Source of the DNA: a virus
Strand: one strand, 5' to 3'
IMG/VR virus record: IMGVR_UViG_3300048999_000166
Span: 1-64,000 of that record
Length of the DNA: 64,000 nucleotides
A program made the position numbers and the translations under genes. Under the pieces are notes generated by a model. It was given only the letters and a program-made list of their open reading frames with translations. It was not told the DNA's origin and did not search any database. Below, in pieces: positions 1-9,035 of the stretch. Numbering within the stretch: the first letter of the stretch is position 1; each line of letters begins with the position of its first letter.

Positions 1-2
1 CC

Positions 3-143
3 GATGGCGACATCGAGCTGGCGGAACGCGCGCTGGCGAAGTTCGGCCGCAACGATGAAGGCGGCGCCGGCAAGACGAAGGCGAAGGTCACCACCAAGAA
101 GGCCGTGGCCGACGACGAGGACGAGGAAGAGCCCCCGTTCTGA
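3..143 (+). CDS. 3' end of probable ssDNA-binding protein (partial, cut by window start)
   Basis: Frame from nt 3 reads DGDIELAERALAKFG...DDEDEEEPPF*; an acidic tail ending in PPF is typical of phage SSBs. Confidence 0.55.
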   Translation, partial: DGDIELAERALAKFGRNDEGGAGKTKAKVTTKKAVADDEDEEEPPF

Positions 144-154
144 TCGTGAAATAA

Positions 155-203
155 CGAACGGCCAGCGCCTGGGTTGCTCGTCCCACTCGGCGCTGGCCGT
201 TCG
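155..203. terminator. 15-bp perfect inverted repeat (hairpin/terminator or operator)
   Basis: cgaacggccagcgcc (155-169) pairs with ggcgctggccgttcg (189-203); intergenic. Confidence 0.55.
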
Positions 204-266
204 AACCACTAGCTCTTCCCTACGCGCTGGAACGTGTAGGGCCACCTCACAGGAAGGAGAGGCCCT

Positions 267-662
267 ATGAGTATGCCACAGCTGTCTACGGGCATGCCGA
301 TGCTGCATCCACTCGTACCAGCCGGCGCGTTCGATCTCAAGGCGCTGCTGGAGCACGACCCTCCGACGCGCTGGCACCCCGAGGAGGGTGACCGCCTCTC
401 CGGTGAAGTAGTCAAGGTCGAGGACAAGCCCGCGTTCGGGACGACCGCTCCCGTGCTATTCGTGCTCGATGAGGGCCAGTACCGAACGCTGCGCTGCGGT
501 GGCGTCGTGCTGCGCGGCTGCTTGAAGACCCTCAACCCACAGCCCGGCGAGCGCGTGCTGGTCAAGTACGAGGGGAAGCGCAAGACCGTCGATGGGACGC
601 GCGAGTACGCGCTCTACCGCATGGCCGTGCAGCGCGACGGGAAATGGGTGGTCGGGCAGTGA
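267..662 (+). CDS. small OB-fold-like protein (SSB-like)
   Basis: 131 aa, RBS aggaagga; pattern GDRLSGEVVKV...GERVLVKYEGKRK...Y resembles phage OB-fold ssDNA-binding proteins. Confidence 0.5.
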   Translation: MSMPQLSTGMPMLHPLVPAGAFDLKALLEHDPPTRWHPEEGDRLSGEVVKVEDKPAFGTTAPVLFVLDEGQYRTLRCGGVVLRGCLKTLNPQPGERVLVKYEGKRKTVDGTREYALYRMAVQRDGKWVVGQ

Positions 663-2467
663 CCACCGAATCGCAGGTCAACTTCTACGCCCAGCACACC
701 GAGACCGACCCGACCCGGCGCAGCTACTCGATCGGGGATCAGGCCGCGGTCGAGGTGGTGCGGTTGGCCGCCAGCGCGGGCACGGTCGCGGTCGACATCG
801 AGACGGCTGGCCTCGGGGCGAAGGCCTTCCAGGTCAAGGTGGTCATCATCGCCACCCCGGCTCGGAGCTGTGTGCTGGATGCGAGCAATCCGGCCCACCG
901 AGCGGCGGCCTCCGACGCGCTCGCCGTAGCGAACACGCTGGTGTTTCACAACAGCGCCTTCGATGTACCGCCGCTGGTGACCGCCGGCATCATGGGGCTG
1001 GAGGACATCGAGAAGGTCGTCGACACGCTGGTGTACGCGCGAATGGCGCTGACCGGCGTACGCGATAGCCGCAAGCTCGGTGACCTGGAGAAGCGCTATC
1101 TCTCCGGTGCGCTGCGCACCCAGACCAAGGACAACCTCGCGGAGTGGGGCAAGGTCAACCGCCTTTCCAAGGCGAAGATCTTCGAGCAGGCCCAGTACAG
1201 CGACCCGATCTACGCCATGTACGCGGGCTGGGACGGGATCTTGACCTCGATGATCGTTCCGCACGTGAAGGACCACTGCCGGCGCCAGCTGACCGAGCAC
1301 CCCTTCGGGCGCTACGGCGCCGACGCCGTCGAGGCCGAATACCTGATGGAGCGCGAGCAGCGGGTCAACCGGGTGATGCTCAAGCGCTCCGCGCGCGGCC
1401 TGCGGATCGATGACGACGCGATCGCGGCCGAGGAGGAGCGCATCCGGGTTCGGATGGGCGAGCTAGCCGAGGAACTGACCACCTATGGCGTAGAGGACCC
1501 GAGCAACCGCAACCAGCTCGCGGCGTCCTTGGAGGCAGCGGAGGCTTTCCCGGAGGACTACCCGAGGACCGCGAAGACCAACAGGCCCTCCACCCAGGGC
1601 AAGCACCTGGAGGTGATCGACCATCCGATGGTGCGCGCCTTCACGGGCTACGACGATATCCGGCGGTTGTTCACCTACCTGGAGAACGCGCGCCTCGTCG
1701 CGGAGCGCACCGACGGCAAGATCCATCCGTCGGTCAACATCCTGCACGCCCGGACCGGCCGGATGAGCTACGGGAGCCCGGCGCTGCAGCAGTTCACCGG
1801 CGACGCCCGCCACGCGATCTTGGCTGATGAGGGCCGGGAGATGACGAGCCTCGACTGGAGCCAGATCGAGCCCGTGCTCGGCGCGAACCTGGCCGGCGAC
1901 GTCGATCCGATCAAGAAGTACGAAGCCGGCGGTGATCTCTACCAGGTGGCCGCGGACGCCGCGGGCGTCACCCGCAAGACCGCGAAGGTCGTGCTGTTGG
2001 CGATGCTCTACGGGCAAGGCATCAAGAGCCTCGCGGCCGGCGTCGGAGTCGAGGTCGCGGAGGCGAAGGTCATCCGCGCGAAGGTAGCCGCGGCCATGCC
2101 GCTCACCGACCGCTTCACCGGCTGGGCGGCGGAGTGGTCGGGGACGGTCGGGAAGACCTGGACACTGTCGGGACGGATCATCGACGTTGATCCGGAGTTT
2201 GGGTATAAGGGCACGAACTTCACCGTGCAGGGCTCCAGCTACGACGTGCTAGCGGAATCCGTCATCGGGTGCCAAGACGCTGGGCTGGAGGACGCGATTC
2301 TGATCGCGGTGCATGACGAGCTGGTGGTGGACACCGAGGCGGCGGCCGACATCGAGGCCATCATGCGGAAGCCACCACCGCGGCTGGTGGAGCTGGCGGG
2401 GCGCACCCCGATCTTCCGCTGCGATCGCGATGACCTCGGGCACGCGTGGCGGGGGGAGGAGAAGTGA
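659..2467 (+). CDS. polA: DNA polymerase family A with 3'-5' exonuclease
   Basis: ExoI VDIET; TGRMSYGSPALQ; motif A DWSQIE; motif B RKTAKVVLLAMLYG; motif C VHDELV. GTG start overlaps upstream stop. Confidence 0.95.
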   Translation: MTTESQVNFYAQHTETDPTRRSYSIGDQAAVEVVRLAASAGTVAVDIETAGLGAKAFQVKVVIIATPARSCVLDASNPAHRAAASDALAVANTLVFHNSAFDVPPLVTAGIMGLEDIEKVVDTLVYARMALTGVRDSRKLGDLEKRYLSGALRTQTKDNLAEWGKVNRLSKAKIFEQAQYSDPIYAMYAGWDGILTSMIVPHVKDHCRRQLTEHPFGRYGADAVEAEYLMEREQRVNRVMLKRSARGLRIDDDAIAAEEERIRVRMGELAEELTTYGVEDPSNRNQLAASLEAAEAFPEDYPRTAKTNRPSTQGKHLEVIDHPMVRAFTGYDDIRRLFTYLENARLVAERTDGKIHPSVNILHARTGRMSYGSPALQQFTGDARHAILADEGREMTSLDWSQIEPVLGANLAGDVDPIKKYEAGGDLYQVAADAAGVTRKTAKVVLLAMLYGQGIKSLAAGVGVEVAEAKVIRAKVAAAMPLTDRFTGWAAEWSGTVGKTWTLSGRIIDVDPEFGYKGTNFTVQGSSYDVLAESVIGCQDAGLEDAILIAVHDELVVDTEAAADIEAIMRKPPPRLVELAGRTPIFRCDRDDLGHAWRGEEK

Positions 2468-4752
2468 TGCCCGCCTCCGGTGGGGATCGCCGGTTCGTGC
2501 ACCTGTTCGGGGGTAGCCGCGAGAACAGCGACCTAGTCGGAATCGCTAAGGCGGCCTGCAAGGAGGGCTTCGCGGTACTGCCGGTCTACCCCGGCGAGAA
2601 GCGACCGCTGTGCACGCTCACCGACCGCGCTCGCAACGCCGCGGACCGGCTGGCGGCCAACACCGCCCGTGCGGAGGGTAAGCGCCGCTGGGAGCTGGCC
2701 AAGCACCCTTGCGGGCGGGTGCACGCGATCACCGACCCGATGGAGGCGGAGCGGGTATTCAAGCGGCTGCTGCTCAAGCACCCCGACCTCAACATCGGGC
2801 TGGAGGTCGGGGCGAGCCGGTTGCTGGTGGTCGATGCCGACACCGTCGCGGAGGTGGCGAGCTTCACCACCTACTGGGCGGAGCGCGAGGGTGTGCCGGA
2901 GCTGGTGAACGCGGCGCCCACCGTCCACTCGCCGGGCGTGCTCAAGGACAGCGCCAACCCCGAAGATGAAACTAGCTGGGCGCACAAGCACGGCGGACAC
3001 TTCTGGTTCCTGCTGCCGGAGGAGGTGAACTTCTCCGAGGTCGCGTATGCCACGGCGATGAAGATCGGCGCGCACGCCACGAAGGCGACGCTGATGTTCC
3101 ACGACCAGCTCGTGCTGGTGCCGCCCAGCGTGCGCCCGGAGGGCGCCTACACGATGGGCAGCGACATACAACCCGCCCCGGGTTGGATGATCGAGGAGTT
3201 GCTCGCGCACATCGCGGGCAACGCTCGGGTGACCGAGGAGCACCGCCGGACGGTGCTCGATGGCGACGACGACATCGAGGCGCACTTCGCTGACCGGGCG
3301 TGGGAGGAGATTCTCGCGCCCTACGGCTGGAACACCTCCGGGCGGCCCGATAGTTGCGGCTGCGAGATATGGACGCGCCCCGGGGACTGGAGCAGCCCAA
3401 AGTCGGCCACGGCTCACGACCTCGGGTGCCTCTCGTTCGAGGATCGCTGCTTCCTGCACCTGTGGACCGACAACCCGCCCGAGGAACTTGCGGGACGCAA
3501 AACATGGTCGAAGCTGCAGGTGATCGCGGCGTACGAGTACGGCGGGGATGCCGGCGCCGCCATGCGTGAGCTGGGCATTACCCGAGCGCACAGCGAACCG
3601 ACGGTGCTGGACAAGGACCGGCTGGCCGAGATTATGGGGAAGCCGGAGACCGCGCCCGAGCCGGCGCCCACGGTGGATGCGGCGGAGGACGAGGAAGACG
3701 ACGACGATCCGGCGCAAGACGATCAAGACCCGGTAGACGCCCTCCTCGCGGAGCTGATCCCAGCGTCGGAACTGGACTCGATCCCCGAACCCGTCCCGTT
3801 GGTGGAGGGGATCCTGGACTGCAATTCGCTTTCGCGTGTGATCGGTACGTCCGGGCACGGGAAGTCGTTCTTCATGATCGATGTGGCCGCGCATGTCGCG
3901 CTCGGGTTGCCCTGGCATGGCCGCGCGTGCACCCAGGGGAACGTGGTGTACATGGTGGCCGAGGGCGTGGGAGGTATCAAGGCCCGCGTCCGAGCGTGGG
4001 AATCGCATCACGACACAAAGCTCGATAAACAAGCCTTATTCTTGCCGCGTGCAGTGCAAGTAATGCACCAGACCGAGTGGTTGATCTGGGTGGCCGCCAT
4101 GGCAAAGCTCCGTCCTGCTCTCATCATCCTTGATACCCAAGCCAGGATTACGGTGGGAGCTAACGAGAACGAGGCCAAGGATATGGGCGTGATGGTCGAA
4201 CGAGCGGACCTATTGCGCACCCAGACCGGAGCGTGTGTGGTTCTTATTCACCACAAGGGGCGATCCGGTGACCACGGACGCGGTTCCACCGTGGTACCCG
4301 CGGCTCTGGACACCGAAATCAGCGTCACGAAGCAGGGCGTCAACCGGATCACCGTGCTGAGCGAGAAGCAGAAGGATCGGGAGGACTTCCGCCCGATCTC
4401 GCTGGATCTGATCACGGTCGGGAAGTCGGCTGTGTTGGTGGCGGCTGGCAGCGCTGAGACACCGTTTGAGCGCCCCAGGGTGGACGAGAACTCGCCGGCT
4501 CGGGACCGGATCGTCAAGTGGGTGCACGCGACCTTCGGACAGGGCCACGGAGCGACGAAGGCGGAGGCCTTCACGGCGGTCAAGGAGAACGACCGCGGCC
4601 CTAACGGGAAGCCGATGTCGAAGGGTCAGTTCTACAAGATGTGGGGCGCGCTGGAGGAGGACAACGTCCTGATCGTGACGGACACCGACGTCGGGAAGCG
4701 CTTCAGCGTTGACCTTGCGGAGGTAGTCCGACTGGGGCTGGCGGAGGGCTGA
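2467..4752 (+). CDS. bifunctional primase-polymerase fused to AAA (RepA/AAA_25-like) helicase
   Basis: N-term VLPVYPGEKRP, LLVVDAD, GGHFWF (Prim-Pol); Walker A GTSGHGKS; Walker B LIILDT; LIHHKG motif. Confidence 0.9.
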   Translation: MPASGGDRRFVHLFGGSRENSDLVGIAKAACKEGFAVLPVYPGEKRPLCTLTDRARNAADRLAANTARAEGKRRWELAKHPCGRVHAITDPMEAERVFKRLLLKHPDLNIGLEVGASRLLVVDADTVAEVASFTTYWAEREGVPELVNAAPTVHSPGVLKDSANPEDETSWAHKHGGHFWFLLPEEVNFSEVAYATAMKIGAHATKATLMFHDQLVLVPPSVRPEGAYTMGSDIQPAPGWMIEELLAHIAGNARVTEEHRRTVLDGDDDIEAHFADRAWEEILAPYGWNTSGRPDSCGCEIWTRPGDWSSPKSATAHDLGCLSFEDRCFLHLWTDNPPEELAGRKTWSKLQVIAAYEYGGDAGAAMRELGITRAHSEPTVLDKDRLAEIMGKPETAPEPAPTVDAAEDEEDDDDPAQDDQDPVDALLAELIPASELDSIPEPVPLVEGILDCNSLSRVIGTSGHGKSFFMIDVAAHVALGLPWHGRACTQGNVVYMVAEGVGGIKARVRAWESHHDTKLDKQALFLPRAVQVMHQTEWLIWVAAMAKLRPALIILDTQARITVGANENEAKDMGVMVERADLLRTQTGACVVLIHHKGRSGDHGRGSTVVPAALDTEISVTKQGVNRITVLSEKQKDREDFRPISLDLITVGKSAVLVAAGSAETPFERPRVDENSPARDRIVKWVHATFGQGHGATKAEAFTAVKENDRGPNGKPMSKGQFYKMWGALEEDNVLIVTDTDVGKRFSVDLAEVVRLGLAEG

Positions 4753-4760
4753 AAAGTGGA

Positions 4761-4973
4761 GTCTCATAACCCTCTTATGGAAGATCTTGAGCAGGGAGTC
4801 TCTTCATGGAGTCTCCTAGTCTCCTCGAAGAGATCGTCAGAGCATTTCAGCAGTTCACAGTATGTCTCGTCGGAGAGTCTCGTTGTCTCGTCTCGTCCGC
4901 GAGGCAATGGAAGTCTCGTGTCTCGTCTCCTCCTCCTCCCTTGGGAGGAGACGACGAGACTTTGCCTGGAGAC
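4761..4973. repeat. cluster of GTCTC/GAGAC pentamers, candidate replication origin
   Basis: 11 GTCTC plus 3 GAGAC in about 210 bp immediately after the primase-helicase stop. Confidence 0.6.
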
Positions 4974-4995
4974 TTGGATCTTGAAAGGAAGTCCG

Positions 4996-5148
4996 ATGAC
5001 CTGGATCCCGTCCGAGGGCATGAGTGGAGAACGCATCGAACGCGAGCTTGCTCGACGAGCGAGAGCTGTGGCCGATACCGACGACCCGTACTACTGCCCG
5101 CACTGCGGTGTGAGCCCGTGCGCGCACTTGACCGAGGACTGCGGCTGA
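4996..5148 (+). CDS. small Cys/His (zinc-binding) protein
   Basis: RBS gaaagga; MTWIPSEG...YCPHCGVSPCAH; stop overlaps next ATG. Confidence 0.55.
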   Translation: MTWIPSEGMSGERIERELARRARAVADTDDPYYCPHCGVSPCAHLTEDCG

Positions 5149-6221
5149 TGGCGCTCAAGGGGGTGCGGGAAGCCGCGGTGGTGGCGCCGGCTGACCCGGA
5201 GGCGCGGAGGCGGTGGGAGTTCGATCAGGCGATCGAGGGCAACCGCGATCAGTGGGGTCGACCGAAGATCATGCTTCCGGACAACTCGAAGGAGGTCGGC
5301 TACCGGAGGGCATCGAGCTACGGGGCTCCGCTGGAGGACGCCTCCGCGCTGGAGGCATGGAAGCTGCGGCAGGTGGCGCGCGGTGTTTCGCGTCGGAAAG
5401 ACCTGCAGATGGCGGTATCGCGCAGCGAAATGGGACTCGATTCTTCGGAATTCGATGAGCAGAAGGCGTCCAAGAAGGAATTGGATGCGCTGTGTAAGCA
5501 AGCGATGGATGCGGTCGGGTCCGGGGAAAAGGCGGTCATCGGTACCGGACTGCACCATGTATTCGAGCAGATCGATATGGGGAAGGATCCGGGGCACCTC
5601 GACGAGCAATGGCGTCCGGACCTTAAGGCCTACCAGGAATTGAGCCGGGGCTTCCGGTCGCTGTCGGTCGAGCTGTTCGTGGTGCAGGACGACCATGAGG
5701 TGGCGGGCACCCTCGATCGAGCGGTGGAGACGCTGCACGACATGGAGGCGCCCGACGGGTCGGTGCTGCCGGCGGGCACGGTGCTGATCGGGGACATCAA
5801 GACCGCCCAGCGGATGGAGTTCGCGGGGGCGAAGTTCTCCGTCCAGTGTTGGACGTATGCCACAGCGACTCCCTACGACCCGATCGAGAAGGTTCGGACT
5901 CCCTGGGCGCACACCCCACCGAATCAGGACTGGGCGGTGATCTTCCATGTGGCGAGCGGCAGCGGCCAGGCTCGCCTCTACTGGGTGGATCTTCAGGCTG
6001 CGGCAGCGGCCGCCGATCTCGTCCGGTCGGTCTACACCTGGCGCAATCGGCTCGGGAAGGCGATGGTGCGCCCCGCCGAGGAGAACTTCGTGGCGACCTG
6101 CGCGCTGGCGACGTCGGTGACCGACCTCGGGTTCGCCTACGAGCGAGCGAAGTCGGCGGGCGTCTGGTCGGACTCGCTGAAGGCGCTGTTCGGGGCGCGG
6201 AAGAAGGAGCTGGTCGGGTGA
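5148..6221 (+). CDS. PD-(D/E)XK exonuclease (Cas4/RecB-like phage nuclease)
   Basis: GTGLHHVFE, VAGTLDR, LIGDIKT motifs; TGATG coupled start. Confidence 0.8.
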   Translation: MALKGVREAAVVAPADPEARRRWEFDQAIEGNRDQWGRPKIMLPDNSKEVGYRRASSYGAPLEDASALEAWKLRQVARGVSRRKDLQMAVSRSEMGLDSSEFDEQKASKKELDALCKQAMDAVGSGEKAVIGTGLHHVFEQIDMGKDPGHLDEQWRPDLKAYQELSRGFRSLSVELFVVQDDHEVAGTLDRAVETLHDMEAPDGSVLPAGTVLIGDIKTAQRMEFAGAKFSVQCWTYATATPYDPIEKVRTPWAHTPPNQDWAVIFHVASGSGQARLYWVDLQAAAAAADLVRSVYTWRNRLGKAMVRPAEENFVATCALATSVTDLGFAYERAKSAGVWSDSLKALFGARKKELVG

Positions 6222-6499
6222 GCCGCGAGTGGAGCTACACCTCCGCCGGTACGGAGCTTCGGATCATGCGGCTCCCGGACCGCAACAATCTCTACCTGGT
6301 GCTGGTCGATGACGATGGGATGCACTGCGTGGCCCGGACGCTCGGTGACCGGGAGGCGGTCGCCCTGACGGGCTTCCTGGACTCGATTACGAGCCCTCAG
6401 AGCGAATTTGCGGTACGTCAGGACCCAGGGGGTGGGTCCGTCCACGTCGAGCGGGAGATGAAGCGTCGTCGAGGCGCTGAGGGCTCGGAATCGCCATGA
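6218..6499 (+). CDS. hypothetical protein
   Basis: GTGA-coupled ORF filling the gap between nuclease and resolvase. Confidence 0.55.
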   Translation: MSREWSYTSAGTELRIMRLPDRNNLYLVLVDDDGMHCVARTLGDREAVALTGFLDSITSPQSEFAVRQDPGGGSVHVEREMKRRRGAEGSESP

Positions 6500-7053
6500 A
6501 GCGAGTGGTGGGGCTCGACCTCTCACTGACGAAGACGGGTATCGCGGTGATCGTGGCGGCCAGCCGCGGAACCAAACTGGTGACCGACACGATCAGCTCG
6601 ACCGGCAAGCGCGGTGACTCGTTGGTCGAACGGCACGCGCGCATCACCACGCTCAGCAAAGCGATCATGCACCATGCGTCGGTGTCGGACCTGGTGGTCA
6701 TCGAGGGGTTGTTCGTCGGGCCGAACGCCGGAAGTTTGATCGATCGCGCTGCCCTATTCTGGCACGTGGCGGGCGGTCTGATCAGGCGAGAGGTGCCGGT
6801 GGCGATCATTGCGCCGCAGGCGATGAAGAAGGGGATCGTGGGTCGAGCGGGATCAGTCAAGGACAAGGTCGACAAGGTCCATGTGGCGCTGGCGGTAGCG
6901 AAGCTCTACCCGGACGCCGACCTCGGTGGCAACGACTCGGCGGACGCCGCGGCGCTCGCGCACCTCGGGGCGGTCTGGTTGGGGCTCGATGTGCCTACCC
7001 TTGCCTATCACCGTGCTGTGGTCGCGGAGTGGCCGGAGATGATTTCATCATGA
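6496..7053 (+). CDS. ruvC: RuvC-like Holliday junction resolvase
   Basis: VVGLDLSLTKTGIA, VVIEG, DSADAAALA catalytic pattern. Confidence 0.85.
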   Translation: MKRVVGLDLSLTKTGIAVIVAASRGTKLVTDTISSTGKRGDSLVERHARITTLSKAIMHHASVSDLVVIEGLFVGPNAGSLIDRAALFWHVAGGLIRREVPVAIIAPQAMKKGIVGRAGSVKDKVDKVHVALAVAKLYPDADLGGNDSADAAALAHLGAVWLGLDVPTLAYHRAVVAEWPEMISS

Positions 7054-7541
7054 GCGATCTGACCGAGACCGAGATCGCGCTGGGTCGCGGACCCGATGAG
7101 TGGGCGCTCGCCCGGGTCGCCAGGTCGGTCGCGGGTGTCTGCGAGCGCCGCGGCTGGAACACCGAGACCGCCAGCGAGTTGCTGGCGATGCTGGGCGTGA
7201 CCGACAAGGACTCGATCAAGCGCGCTCGCGCTGGCCTCGTGCACAGTCGCGAGGCCCGCAAGCGCGCCGGCTACGACCGGGGGCCACGCGCGAGCGCTGC
7301 GGTGCACCGGGCGTTTCATTTGCGCGAGCGACCGATGCCCTCGCTCGTGCCCGAACCTGTCGAGCCTGAACTCCCCGCCGAGCCCTCGTTCTGCCGGGCC
7401 GGGCATGAGCTGGTGGGCGCGAACGTGATCACCCGTCCCGATAAACCGAATCTCGAATGTCGTACCTGTCGTAATGCTCGTAAGCGGAAGTATTACCACC
7501 GTGACGCACGCTGGGAATTGGAGGGTCGGAATGAGTCTTGA
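7050..7541 (+). CDS. hypothetical protein with C-terminal CxxGH...CxxC zinc finger
   Basis: FCRAGHELVGANV...ECRTCRNARKR; ATGA-coupled. Confidence 0.65.
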   Translation: MSDLTETEIALGRGPDEWALARVARSVAGVCERRGWNTETASELLAMLGVTDKDSIKRARAGLVHSREARKRAGYDRGPRASAAVHRAFHLRERPMPSLVPEPVEPELPAEPSFCRAGHELVGANVITRPDKPNLECRTCRNARKRKYYHRDARWELEGRNES

Positions 7542-8256
7542 AGCGGTATGCGAACGACCGGAGGCCGCGTGCGTCACGTGCCGCCCACCGAAGAATCGAG
7601 CCTGGCACCTGGCAATGTCCGGGCATCGAACGTGTGAGCGTTGCGCGGACCGGTTGCACGCGCAGCTGATCGAGGTGGCGGACCGCTACGAGGCGCTCAC
7701 GTCGGTGCCAGCACCGGCGGGAAGCTTCAATGACTTCCGGTGCTCGCCGGGATTCGTATCGCGCAGTCCCGCGTCCGATCACGTCATCGTCATGCGCGAT
7801 CACCGGAGTTCACCCGAGGCTAAGGTGTGGGTGGGCTCCGACGGACGGATTCACCAAGAATCTATTCGACCACCGCTCTCGGTCTATTCGACGCTCGTGA
7901 TCGAGGTTTATGACGTCGTCGAGCTGCGGGAGGTGGCGATGCCGGATCCGCGCGAGAACGTCCGCGACCTGACTGAGTTTCTCGATCGCCATCTCGATTG
8001 GCTGACACGGCAAGAGTCGGTGATCGAGTTCGCGGCGACCTTGCGCCGGCTGCGCAGCCAGCTCATGCCGCTCACCGGTTCGCCACGGGTGTTCCTCGGG
8101 ACGTGCCCGAACGAGGTAGACGAGCAGGTGTGCGGGCGGTCGCTCTACATCCCGACCGGATTCACCTACCGGGACACCGTCTCCTGCGGGAGCTGCGGCT
8201 GGGAGTGGCCTCCAGTCGATTGGATCGCGCTCGGCGACGTACTGGCCGCTAGTTGA
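7531..8256 (+). CDS. conserved phage protein with several CxxC pairs
   Basis: CVTC, CERC, CGSCG; operon packing. Confidence 0.7.
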   Translation: MSLEAVCERPEAACVTCRPPKNRAWHLAMSGHRTCERCADRLHAQLIEVADRYEALTSVPAPAGSFNDFRCSPGFVSRSPASDHVIVMRDHRSSPEAKVWVGSDGRIHQESIRPPLSVYSTLVIEVYDVVELREVAMPDPRENVRDLTEFLDRHLDWLTRQESVIEFAATLRRLRSQLMPLTGSPRVFLGTCPNEVDEQVCGRSLYIPTGFTYRDTVSCGSCGWEWPPVDWIALGDVLAAS

Positions 8257-8261
8257 TCAAG

Positions 8262-8468
8262 ATGACTGACCCTCGGAAGGTGCTGGTGACCGCCGAGGAG
8301 GCCGCGCTCTATCTGCACCGGCTCGGAGTGAAGCGAATCAGTGCCGCGACGGTGCGCCAGTGGGCCCGTCGAGGGCACATCGCCACTCACCGCGAGGGAT
8401 GGCGACGCTACGACCTGCGAGAACTTCAGAATCACGCCCGTGAAAAAGGGCTACTTGACAGCGAGTAG
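8262..8468 (+). CDS. MerR-like helix-turn-helix DNA-binding protein
   Basis: VTAEEAALYL...SAATVRQWARRGHI...RRYDL. Confidence 0.75.
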   Translation: MTDPRKVLVTAEEAALYLHRLGVKRISAATVRQWARRGHIATHREGWRRYDLRELQNHAREKGLLDSE

Positions 8469-8557
8469 ATCGAACTGTCACGCTTTTCCACCAGCGGGTG
8501 AGTTGTCTCCGCTTGCTGGATCGGCCGCGTGAGCTTCGGGCTTGTAGCGGTCGCCCT

Positions 8558-8630
8558 GGGTTCGTAGCTCAACTGGATGAGCGTCGGCTTGTCGAGCCGA
8601 AGGATGCGGGTTCGAGTCCCGTCGTTCCCG
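8558..8630 (+). tRNA. trnD: tRNA-Asp(GUC), with two U-U mismatches in the acceptor stem
   Basis: D arm gctc/gagc, anticodon arm tcggc-ttGTCga-gccga, T arm gcggg-ttcgagt-cccgt, acceptor gggttcg/cgttccc, G discriminator; CCA not encoded. Confidence 0.8.
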
Positions 8631-8680
8631 CGCTGGAGCAGCTGCTCCAGTACCAACAGTTCCCCGCTGTTCCGTTGAAG

Positions 8681-8716
8681 AGCCCCGCTGGGCGAGCACC
8701 CCCAGCGGGGCTTTTT
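8681..8716 (+). terminator. intrinsic terminator
   Basis: 12-bp stem agccccgctggg/cccagcggggct followed by a T run. Confidence 0.8.
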
Positions 8717-8744
8717 CGTGTCCGCTTCAAGGGGGTGTGTGCCC

Positions 8745-9035
8745 GTGGCACGAGCACTGCGAGCGCAGTCGGAGCCACCTGACGTGGCGACCACCGTCCA
8801 GGGCCACATCAGGCTCTATGACTGCCCGGACATCACCTCGGTCGATAACTATCTGTGCGAGCTGAGGGTGCGTGTCGCGCGCTCGGAAAAGCTCCCCAAG
8901 CTACAGGCCCAATACCGGGCCGACCAAGACAGTCTTCTTGATCGTCGTCTCTGGCTAGAGATGATAGGAGAAAACGCGAATGGCACTGCTGACTCGAAAG
9001 TCTCCCTCGAACCTGAAGCTCGGCCGCCAGCCTGA
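8745..9035 (+). CDS. hypothetical protein
   Basis: ORF between terminator and peptidase; start uncertain; overlaps next gene by 56 nt. Confidence 0.4.
   Translation: MARALRAQSEPPDVATTVQGHIRLYDCPDITSVDNYLCELRVRVARSEKLPKLQAQYRADQDSLLDRRLWLEMIGENANGTADSKVSLEPEARPPA

Noticed and set aside
4756-5147. Long ORF extensions 4756-5148 and 4806-5147
   Set aside because: They cross the GTCTC repeat tract and give Ser/Leu/Arg-biased nonsense; better starts with RBS at 4996 and 5148.
8455-8483. Sigma-70 promoter from TTGACA at 8455
   Set aside because: No TAnnnT box at 16-18 bp spacing.
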